A stretch of 64,000 bases of DNA from Adineta vaga (Eukaryota; Animalia; Rotifera), in the NCBI GenBank assembly GCA_021613535.1, contig CP075495.1, forward strand, positions 2,108,001 to 2,172,000. Direction: 5' to 3'. This document shows positions 25,072 through 36,392 of this stretch, in pieces. Below the pieces are notes generated by a model. The model was given only the letters and a program-made list of their open reading frames with translations, did not search any database and was not told the origin of the DNA. The position numbers were made by a program, and so were the translations under genes. How positions within the stretch are numbered: position 1 is the stretch's first letter; the number at the start of each line of letters is the position of its first letter.

Positions 25072-27106
25072 ATGCGCATTGTAATTATTGGTTCTGGTCT
25101 CATAGGTCGATGTTGGAGTGTGATCTTTGCGCGAGCTAAACAAGATGTTTTTCTCTTTGATACGATGCCATCAATGCTTGAAACAGCTCTATCGGAAATC
25201 GGTCTACAACTTGAGCAATTGAATCGATTTGATTTGTTATTTAAACAAACAACAACTGATATATTGAAACGTATTCAAACAATTGATACAAATGAAAAAT
25301 TGAATGAATTGTTTCGACAAGGAGTTGATCATGTTCAAGAATGTATACCAGAAGATCTAGAGATAAAAACAAAACTTTTCCTACAACTTGATGAAAATGT
25401 TCCAGCTAATACAATAATTGCTAGTTCATCGTCATGTATTATGCCATCGAAATTTACTGAAAAAATGAAAACAAGAAATCGTTGTATTGTCGCGTAAGTT
25501 GAAGACGATAAACTCGAAGAGATTGATGAGATTAGGTCATATTTTATAGACATCCTATTAATCCTCCGACAACAATTCCACTCGTTGAAATTATAGGTAC
25601 ACCGTGGACTGATGAAACAATTGTTGATTTAGCGATAGAACGTTATCGTTCTTTTGGTATGGAACCAATTCGATTGAAAAAAGAAGTGGATGGTTTTGTT
25701 GTTAATCGTCTTCAATATGCTCTTCTATCATCAGCACTTCAATTAGTACAAGATGGTGTTGCTACACCTGAAGATGTCGATCGAGCCATTACACATGGTT
25801 TAGCTTGTCGATGGTCATTTATGGGACCATTTCAAACAATTGATCTTAATGCACCAAAAGGAATCATTGATTGTAAGATTAACACTTAATAAAAATGAAA
25901 TGATTGGTTTTTTTGTTTGTTCATAAAATAGATTTTGATCGATATGGTTCATCGATGCAACGTGTTCTAACTGATATGCATTTTCCATCTGATTGGACAC
26001 AAGAAACAGTTGAAAAAGTTGATCAATATTTTCGTTCGAAATATCCTGTTGGTGAAAACGGAAGTGGTATAAATGAGAAGAAAAATTGGCGTGATCAACG
26101 TTTATTAGATTTAGCTAAACATAAACAGACATATGTTGATCGAGATTATCGTATTGTACGCTATCCATTAACAATACCAAAAGATCAAGGACAGGGAATG
26201 ATTCAAGCAATAGAAAATGAATTAAAACAAGTTTATAAACAAGTTAAAATCCGAAAAGTCTCGACTGATGAAGCAAATAATATTGATTTTTCAAGTGAAC
26301 CTTGGAATTTAGCAGCTTCCAGTCTTGGAAATAATGGAATTTTTTGTCAATTAGGTGGAGCAAAAAATGTCGAATTACAACAAGGTCATTCAGTTCGTTT
26401 TGATATAGCCAGTGTACTTAATCAATTAAATATTAAAAATGAACAGACTCTTGTTATCGGTCCCGGTGCTGCTGATCTAACACATCTATCGATCAATGGT
26501 GAACTTGTTTTCAATATGACACTTGATCAATATAATAAAATTGTAACTCAACGTTCATATAGTTCAATGATACCAAATGAAAATGATGAACCATGTCAAC
26601 AATTATATCAACCAAAAACATGTGGACCATTTCAACATATTATGATATCAACAATTGATCGTCAACAATCAGCTATTATGATTGAAATTGACGTACAAGA
26701 ACGTCTTAATGATGAACATGAAGAAGAAAATAATTTTATTTCTGTTATTAGACGTAGTTTAAAACAATATTCGAAAGAACCAATCGCACTCGGAGGTATC
26801 TTTCGTATTGAAAAAGGTACAATAAAAGCACATGTAATGCCCGATTTTGTTAATGAAGATCTAACAAATAAGCAACAAGTTGATCAATGGTTAAAATTCT
26901 ATGATATGCATGCACCATTAAATTGCTTATCGGTTTTATTAACTGAAGATATCAATAATGCTGGTTTTCGTTTAGAACATTCACACTTTTTCAGTGATCA
27001 TGGACAATCTGGTCATTATCATTTTGATATCACACCAAAAGAAGTTCATTATCATGGTTATTTCATTCTTTGTGAAGAAGCTATTATTGTTGATCCAGTC
27101 GTTTAA
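25072..27106 (+). CDS. Fusion: lambda-crystallin/L-gulonate 3-dehydrogenase (CRYL1) + DUF1907/C11orf54 Zn domain; 3 exons, 639 aa
   Basis: Exons 25072-25493, 25550-25872, 25932-27106. CRYL1: GSGLIGRCW, QECIPE, ASSSS, AHPINPP, GFVVNRLQYAL, RWSFMGPF, WRDQRLLDLAK. C11orf54: PIALGGIF, AHVMPDF, WLKFYDMHAPL, LEHSHFFSDHGQSGHYHFDITP. Confidence 0.93.
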
Positions 27107-27387
27107 TAGTATTCGATTCTTTTTTTTTCTTCTTATTCGTTTGCACTCCATTTATTGATAGATGATGATTTTTAAATGATTAATGATATTTTCTAATAAA
27201 TTATGATTCATTCTAAAATAGAAAGTATTCTTTATATGATCAGTTTCCGCTCTCGTTTATCCCAAGAAAATGTTGATCTATGGAATGTTACTAATACAAT
27301 TTATATTTCAATGACATATAGATAAGAAGAGGAAAAAACAATAAAAAGAAAGAAACAGATGACTTCTATTGGATGTTTTTTTTTCTT

Positions 27388-28424
27388 TTAAAAGATTATT
27401 TTATCTAATGTTACAGTGTTATTTGTAGTATGAGTAGTGGATGTAACAGCATGAGTTTTTCGTATATGTTGAAGTAAATGATTTAATTCGGAAAACTGTT
27501 CGTGACAGAAGATACACGATGATTGTAATCGACGAAAATCGAATGATGATGAAATTGATATTGGAGATGGTCGATGATGTGGAAAAATCAATGGTTGCTT
27601 CGTATATGCACTTGAAAATAGTGGAGGTAATATTCGTTGAGAAGTTCCATTACACATTGCTCGAAAGACTTGATCCGATGTTTTTGAATGTATTCCGTTT
27701 AGAAGAAAACCATCTTTCTTCAATAGATCGATATTCGATACAGTTGAGGATGAGGATGATACAGGAAGTGATGGATATTCATGTGTAGTATCTGAATTTA
27801 TCGATGAAGAAGTATTGGTTGAACGAGAATCTGAACGTGATGAACATCGTAGATGTTTATTTGTAACTAATTTCTGAGCAGATGATAATGATGACGATGT
27901 TAACGGTGTTGATTTTGATTCATTTGATGCAACTGATGATTGAGGTTTATGCCATCGACGATGAGAAGCTAAATTTGCTGGACAATTGAATGTTTTATCA
28001 CATTCAGGACAACTAAATAGTACAAAAAAACTCATCATGTTTTACTGTTTTTTTATTAGTATTCTTACCGAAATTCGATATGAACCACTCGTGGACATTT
28101 ATGCATTGCTAAAGCAAAAGCATTTTCATATTTTACTTTACATAATTGACATATATAATCGCCAATAATATTTTTAATTTTTTGTAATTCGTCAATAGCT
28201 TCAGGTGTAATTTCAACATAATTCATGGTTGGTTCAATATCACCACGTACTTCTTTCCATTTTTCATATTCTTCCCATTCAGTAATTCGTGTACCAGCAA
28301 TTGGAGATTCATTGATATTAGATGATGAAGTTATTATTTTTTTCTTCTTTGAAATATTCATTAATATTGAACTATGATTATCATTATTGATCGGTGCCGA
28401 TCGTTTCTTGCTTGTCGTCGCCAT
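27388..28424 (-). CDS. INSM1: INSM1/nerfin/EGL-46 family C2H2 zinc-finger transcription factor, 2 exons
   Basis: [33 protein letters not shown] spliced to [23 protein letters not shown]; start placed at MATTSKKRS (uncertain). Confidence 0.9.
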
Positions 28425-31400
28425 TGATTTGAAAAGATTGAAAAAAATCACCTCATAGATCAACGAACGAGAAGAAGAAAAAAAATGTCTCAACTCAATT
28501 TTATTTCTGATTGGCTCAAAATTTCTCTTAAACACTTGAGTAAAAATGAGAAAAAGAAAAAAGAAGAAAATTTTTCTTTCAGCATACATATATATGATTG
28601 ACCAATGAATAAAATAACGAAGCACATGCTTATTGGTCTCGATTTAATCAGTAAAGATGCATGACAGATGTGATCGATTGTTACTTTGATTTGTCTATCG
28701 AATACAAAAGCGTTAGAAAATGATATACATCCATTTATTGATAATGTACGTGCAGGCGATTGTCCGACACTTGTTTACCTGGATGTTCGACAAAGTGTGC
28801 CGCCTTTGACACGCTCATCATCATCGTTATTTTCTTTGTATTGTTATCATTCTCTCATCACTTTCGTTGATCGTTTATCACGCAAATAAATGAGACAAAT
28901 TACTGAATGAGATTTCAAATAATCAGGTCATCAATAGCAAGCATAAAATAAAATAAAAAAATTGTCTCGTCAAGAATATTCAAAACTTCACACTGTCAAT
29001 CTTGATGATTACTAGTTGATGATTCTGTTATCAAACACATGTATGTACACTCTCTTCAAATAAGATCACAGACTAGAAGTCACTTTCTTCTCTCCTTAAC
29101 AGTTTAATGTTGTCTCGTTTGATCGTTCGTTCTTCTTCAAGTTGTTGAGGCATACTTGAACGTCGTATAGGAGTTGTGGACATATACACATATTGTTACC
29201 GCGCTGCTAAGAAAAAAAGTAATTATGCAAGGAAAGAAAATTGTCGTAGAACGCTATGATAGATATGTATGTATTGACTTAAGTCTTTTGCTTTTATTGA
29301 ATGATACTTGACGATATGGTTGAATTGAGTAACAAGAGGTAGCGGCAAACGTTTTGTCATCGACAAAGAAATAAATCAAACCACTTCTTTCTATTAGTTG
29401 ATTGATATGATGTAACGATAGACAATGAGCAATCTGATCTCTGATAAAAAAAAATATTCGAACAAGGAACGCAAAATAAAACTAATGAAGTGATATAAGC
29501 CAACTGTTAGCCTATTGTTATTGAGAGAGTGAAGAAAATAAATCAGGCGAACAGCTTTGATGAGCTCCCTACCGTGCGTGATATTTGTTTGTCAACATAA
29601 ATATACGTACATGCACAGGTAGAGAAAAGATCGAATGTTCGCTCATTAAAATAGACAGATAGGTGATCTACTGCAATGAGATGAGGTGTCATCCACTTGA
29701 TCTTGTTTTTTTTTCGCATGCATAATCTAATGAATAAGAGAAGCAATTAGTGTCGTTGAATTGTGTCATTACTAGCAAAGATACAGACTGTATGAGTAGG
29801 CAATGCGATGATTCTGTCCTTCATCATTTCCTCTTATTTTTTTTGTCCATGTTCTCATTTAGACTTGCTCATTTGAACATTGATGTGTACCACCCACTCA
29901 GCAGGATAGATCGGGTGTATGTGTGTGTGTTGAGAACATTAGTCTAGAAGAAAACATATGTCCGTTCAATTTTTTTCTTTAACGACAAATGAATGAAAGA
30001 AAAATATGACGATCAACCACTTGAGAGAAACAACTACGATCTTTATTTTCAATGGAAAAAAAGTAATGAAACTCTTGTTCATTTATTTCTTGTTTCTTTT
30101 GTACTTATTCCAAAAAGTATCACTTAAAGAATATGGAACACAACACGTTTTTTTCTTATTTTATATTCATTATATTGTGCTGTACTAGCTCGAAAAAAGC
30201 CTAGAGCGATTGACATTTGAGATAATTTTAGAGAAAAAGAAAAAATATGGGATATATTCTATTGACCAATCCGTATTCTCATAGGATTAGCGAGTAGAGA
30301 TACAAAAAAATATTTTTATCTATTTCGTATGTAAAAACTGTACGAAGGAACAAAATAACAATTTCTTATGTAAAGAATCAAATATAAAAGGTTTCGACCT
30401 TGCGATCATTAAATATTACAATTATAAAAGCTTCGATTTGAAAAGACATAAAATATCTCACTTAATTTAACAAGAAACTTAACAGAAAAGAACATTGTCT
30501 TGAAAAAAAGTTGTGAACTTCAGAACTTGGAGCAGATATACGACATATGTAGTGTTATTACCTGTCTTCTGACATATTACTGTATATACAGGTTGGATTC
30601 GTTTGAAAAACAATTTCAACTATTCTATTATTTAGCTATTCAATCCGTAGAGTTGGATGTTCATCTTATTATCGATACCATCAATTTGACAGAGCTACCT
30701 ACAAATTATTTTAGAACATACTATAAAAGAAGGAAAATCTTACTTATAGTTATTGTGTTGAGCAAAACGCATTTTAGAGACCATTGATTTACAAACGATA
30801 CCAGTAGGTTGCTCGTAACTGTGTATACAGATCTTTGTACTTATAAACACTATTTAAACAAGGAGTGATATAAACGGAGAACGATGATTCTAGAAGTAGT
30901 ATTCCGTGATTTTCCGGCTGGAATCAGATTAATCCTAGCACAGGATCTATTCATAGGATTACTGCTTTCATGAAAACTCCAAAATTCTCCAGGGCCGACC
31001 GTTTCCATACCGGATTGTTCGACCTGAGAATTAAAGAAATTCATTTTTAATTTGTATTGAGTTATACGTTCATTCGTACTTTAATTGAACACCTAATAGG
31101 ATGCATATTCTGCAAGTTAGTTAAAAACTGTAAACTGGCCGGATAAATTGGTCGTCATCTCACAATGAACATTTGTCCTAGTTCAAATTTAATCTTTAGT
31201 AAATCTAAATGCATTTGACAAAATAATTAAGAGTTCATAAAAATCATCCTTTAATATAACAGCGAATTTATAAGCATATGGTGCCAAAAGAAATGAATAA
31301 AAAATAGCAGATAACAAAATAATTTCGTTTTAAAATCAAAATATCTTGAAAATGTATCAGACAAGATTTTATTCTCTATATTAACCTCTTTGAACCATAC

Positions 31401-33598
31401 TATTCTAATAATTAGAAAGAAATAAACTGATAAAAATTGAAGTTCGTATAAAATGGGTATATTATCATATCGATTTATTAGAATGATCAGATGGCTCCAT
31501 CTCTAGGCCAATGTGACGAACAGTCCATTCATAAATCATTATGCTCATTAAACCGATGGTATGGTTCTGAAACCAAGCATATTTGTCGTATTCAGATTCA
31601 TTATTATATTACATTACAGTCGAAAGATCAATTCTTTCGTTTTCAATCTAGTGATCTTCTTTATTTATTATTTTGTGAATTGTTGATTTGTAAAATATTT
31701 GACATGATGTTGTCCGTTTAAATGTGATATTCAAGTTCAAGCAGTGGAGAATAATAAGTGTATGTGAGATAGATCAAGTTTAAAACCCTAGTTTCCGCTC
31801 TTGCTTCTCGTCTTTCTAAATTCTTGATTTTCTTAATTTTTAGATAAGATTGTTGTTTTTTTCATAAGCATTATTAATGCGGATCAACTCTGACTATATT
31901 TATTAGTTATCCTATTTTAAAAGTGTGCGAGAATTGCAAATATTAAAATAAAAACTTCTAAAGTGACCATCACTAAATAAATGATACAGTTTTGTACACA
32001 TTTTGAAAAAATTTCTGATCGAGAAATTCGAGATAAATCTTAAGAAAAAAAGAGTAATTCTACATTTCTAGTGCTAGTCTACTTTATCTATGAGATTATA
32101 CCGTGGACAGATCCAGCTATTCGACGAACCGGCGACCATCGCCTCTTCGCGAAACGTTCTCTCTGTCTCTTACAATCTTGTTTAACCGATCGAAAAAAAC
32201 AAAAATCTAGAATGGATAGAGTCGAGAACATTGAATGGTGAGTCTCCTTCAACATACATGAGGTGATGGAACTGAAATAAAAAAAATAATTTTCACTGAT
32301 CCATGTTATTCAAATTCGAATCAGTGATGGATGAAGGAAGTTACTTCACGAGTGTTACTTCTCATTTTTTTTGTATGTTCGAAATACGATGAAAAATTAC
32401 TAAATAAGTAACATATATATTTAAAAAAATTCAAACATTTATTTTTGTAAAAACATTCTCAAGTAGTTGAATTGATCTTTTTCTTTTGGAATTTTTGTAT
32501 ACACATTTAAACGATAAATGATCTATCAATCAAGGAACAATAGAGAGAAAAAAAGTAAATGGTGAATAGTTAAGTAATAGAAGCCTAAAGAAACTTTTTT
32601 GTAGTCACCTCAAGTCATAATGAACATTTAAATCAGTTGAATTCATTCATAAGAAGAAGAAGAAGAAGACGACATTTGAAAGTTTATTTGTTTCTACACT
32701 CGAAAATGTTACGTTCGTATAGACAGACATTGAGATAAATAATATCGTTCTTATATAACTCATATTCTTTTTTTGCAGCATTTTGAAGTGTGTTTATTAA
32801 GAAAGAATAACATATAATAAGGGTACCAAAATTTTACGTTCCTAATGATGCAATCGAACACACCGAAATGCAAACCGATTGTATAAGAAAAAGAAGTCCT
32901 GAGCATGAATAATATCCGACATTAATCATAGACTGAAGCTTTATACAGTATTCCTACTTGACAATCGTTAATTGAAAATAACATCCAAAGAAGAAAAAAT
33001 CTTTATCAAATGAAAAGTTCTCATCTTCATGTAGTTATATAGTTTACTTTTATGTGTAGCTTTGCGATGAGATGAATCTTATCACATGTAGTTATAAAGT
33101 TATGATTGCGAGTATACTCAACAAAGATATCATTTATAAATAAATGATACTCTATTTTCAAGGTCTTCACTTCTATTCATCCTTCGTTTAAATAATTATT
33201 ATTACCCACAGAAAAAAAATGTGAACTATTTGTTGAGCAGGAAAACTTTAACGTTGATATATTTTTCTTCTCATTCCGTCAGTTTTTATTACAATTTGTC
33301 TCACATGCACTCTTTTTCTTCTGCGTAATACGCATATAACGAATGAATTTTTGCGTGCAAATAGTAGTTGATATGTCAGAAACTCGTCATCGTGTACCTG
33401 GTTGATGTAAGAACACGAAGAAAAAAAAAATTCTACGAAGCAAATGGTACAATGAATCGAACGGAAGAAAAGAAAATTTGGTGACAAAATCTATATATAT
33501 ACACGCATAGATTGATTTTATCGTTCTCCTTTTCTTTTTTCATTTTTTTTGCTTTCTCTTTACTTTGTCAATTGTCATTAGTTCTACGATCAAGTAAC

Positions 33599-34192
33599 AT
33601 GCACAATATTATTTACTATTTTATCATTCTCATATGTATCGTTGCTGTGGATGAAAGCCGATTTGTACCACGACCAGAAAAGGTTCATTATGGTCATGTA
33701 GGTCAAGCACGTCGATGGGGTAAATGGTGTTATGAAGACAATGAATGTGGCCTTGGATTTTGCAGTGCTTATAGGTGTGAATGTTATCCGGGGTATATAA
33801 CATGGTATTTTATGGAACCGTGTGCTTATGATCAACGAAAAAAATTAACTGCATTTCTTGTTTCATTTTTTGTTGGTACACTTGGTGTTGACTGGTTTTA
33901 CTTATGCAGAGGTAATGGAGGTTATATTGTTGCTGGAATTATTAAATTAATTCTTTCATGTGGTTGTTGTTTTGGCTGGCCATTTATATTGCTAGGTGCA
34001 GAAAAAAAATCAAGGAAATATATTGTTTTTGGCAATGCTGTCAATGTTGTTTTATCGACAGCATCACTTATATGGTGGTTAATCGATTGGATTCGAATTT
34101 TAGCAGACGTTTTTTATGATGGTTATGGAGCACCTTTACAGCCATGGGGATATCAGTATTATTATAATAATAGAATCCCATATCGTGTATAA
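33599..34192 (+). CDS. Signal peptide + EGF-like + TM2-domain protein, intronless (copy 1)
   Basis: CYEDNECGLGFCSAYRCECYPGY..C then KKLTAFLVSFFVGTLGVDWFYL ... IWWLIDWIRIL..DGYG. Confidence 0.88.
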   Translation: MHNIIYYFIILICIVAVDESRFVPRPEKVHYGHVGQARRWGKWCYEDNECGLGFCSAYRCECYPGYITWYFMEPCAYDQRKKLTAFLVSFFVGTLGVDWFYLCRGNGGYIVAGIIKLILSCGCCFGWPFILLGAEKKSRKYIVFGNAVNVVLSTASLIWWLIDWIRILADVFYDGYGAPLQPWGYQYYYNNRIPYRV

Positions 34193-34850
34193 AGACATTG
34201 TATATAATAATGTGAATTTCGTATATGTGTATTTGTTTCAGATGAAGAGCGGATAAAACAGTAAATTCTTTTTTTTATATATCTTGTATGTTTGTTAATG
34301 AAAGTGTACAGAACAACCTTGTGTATTTTTCGTACTCTACGGCATATCGATTCTTTTGAAAGAGAAGGAAAAAAAGCATGTTGATCAATGTGCAAAAACT
34401 AATGAAAAATTTTATACCAAAAATATATTTTCTCCGTTCGTAAGTAAAACGATAGAATATATTTGAGTCAACAATGAATATAACGACGGAATGTAAATGA
34501 AAGGGTTCTTAATGTGCATTAGTAATGAAATATTGCAGTCAATCGATACGAAAGCTAACATTTTTTTTATATAAAATAATCAAATATGATGAAAAAAAGG
34601 AGCAAAATATACTATTTGAAGATGGAAACTAAAATTTAAGATTGTTATTCCAAAATAAATAAGAATTAGTCAAATACGTAGGAGTGTGCTGATGAGTAAC
34701 ATATTTATTACGAATTTGTATAGTAAAGAAAAGATCGTCAATAAAAGCATATCGAACTCAATATATACTATGTTTATTTCGATTGTTGAAACGGATTAGA
34801 ATGATGATAATCAGGATCATTCATAACATCAATAGAGCATATTTCAATCT

Positions 34851-34851
34851 G

Positions 34852-34882
<31 letters not shown>
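34851..34882. repeat. (TCTA)n tetranucleotide microsatellite
   Basis: tctatctatctatctatctatctatctatct. Confidence 0.9.
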
Positions 34883-35607
34883 GACAAAGATTATTTAGAA
34901 TACAAATAATCTGATTCAATAATTAATTAACAAAAAGACATTCATATGTGAAATCAATTCAGATATACATTCTTTATGTTGAATAATAACGTTTTAATAT
35001 GCCTTTTTTTCGAAAAGAACATATGTCAGAAATAAAATTGTTTCTATATCAGCACGTATCTCAAACCAGACATTTTTTCGAACGTATACATTCCTTTGAA
35101 TAAAAATAGTGATTATTGTTAGGCGTGCTTCTTGAAATGTAAATTATATTGTTCTACAAGAGTATGAATTTGTTCTCATTTTTTATCTTTAATAAACTTA
35201 GTATATACTGTTCTATTCTGAAGTAAATGCTCATCTGCATTTATCGTTTCTTTGTTAAATAAAATAAAGAAAACAATTGAAAATTCTTTTTTTTTTCTAT
35301 TATAAAATAGATAAAGGAAGACGAAGAAAAATTGCAACACGTAATCATTTCTCTTTTATTCAGGAATGTTTATCGATCAATCTTAGATATTTATAACTGT
35401 TCTCATTTTCTTCATTACTTTCATTCTATTCTTCGATATACTCTTCATCCATAGAGAAACGCAGAGATAGACGAAACTCTATAGACAGAACATTATAATA
35501 AAAATGATATAAATTCATCTTCTACTTTTCGTTTTGCTCAGAGATTTTGTGATACGTAGATTATTATCAATTAGAAAATCTATTCATTTGTTTTAGAAAC
35601 TCATTCC

Positions 35608-36210
35608 ATGGCAAACTATATGCAACTTTCATTCCAAATTACTCTGATCGTTGTTTTGATCTCGGTGATTTATGTTAATAGTTTACCAATTAATGGTACA
35701 ATTGATAATAACATCACCGCAGAAATCAATGCCACCTCATTAGAACGTAAAAACACATGCTACACGAGTGTTGATTGTAATAATCATGGAATTTGTTTTG
35801 AAAATACAACTAGAAAAAGTTGTCAATGTAATAAAGGGTGGGTAACAATTGGTGATGCATCTGATTTCGATAATAACTGTATTTATCAACAACGTTCGAA
35901 AAAAACCGCTTTCTTTCTTTCATTCTTTCTCGGAACATTTGGTGTTGATTGGTTTTATCTTTCAAGAGCACAATTAATCTATATTTTCGTTGGAATATTG
36001 AAATTATTGTTAGGACTTAGCTGTGAAGGTGTATGGTTTTTAACATATTTTGGACCGGAAACTCAAAATTTAGAATCAATCAAATCAAAATTTCGTGGCC
36101 TTAGTACTTGCTTTAGTTTATTAGCATTTGCATGGTGGATTGTTGATTGGGCACGTATTTTAGGAAATCGTTTTCCTGATGGCAATGGAATTCGACTTTA
36201 TCAATGGTAA
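35608..36210 (+). CDS. Signal peptide + EGF-like + TM2-domain protein, intronless (copy 2)
   Basis: CYTSVDCNNHGIC..CQCNKGW..C then SKKTAFFLSFFLGTFGVDWFYL ... WWIVDWARILGNRFPDGNG. Confidence 0.88.
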   Translation: MANYMQLSFQITLIVVLISVIYVNSLPINGTIDNNITAEINATSLERKNTCYTSVDCNNHGICFENTTRKSCQCNKGWVTIGDASDFDNNCIYQQRSKKTAFFLSFFLGTFGVDWFYLSRAQLIYIFVGILKLLLGLSCEGVWFLTYFGPETQNLESIKSKFRGLSTCFSLLAFAWWIVDWARILGNRFPDGNGIRLYQW

Positions 36211-36392
36211 AGTTATATTTCAATGAACAATCTATTCATTTATTCCTAGTACAAAGAGATATTAAATTTAGTTGTTTGTTTTTCATTCATTTATAAAAAA
36301 AAAAGAAAGAAAAAAGAAATGAACTATGAATGCATTACTAATCTAAATTCATTTATTTAAAATCGTCGAACAGCTAAATAAATACATAAGAT

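Noticed and set aside
30790-31270. Slightly GC-richer stretch with short ORF 30850-31044, possible TE relic
   Set aside because: No recognisable transposase/RT motif, terminal repeats or target-site duplication
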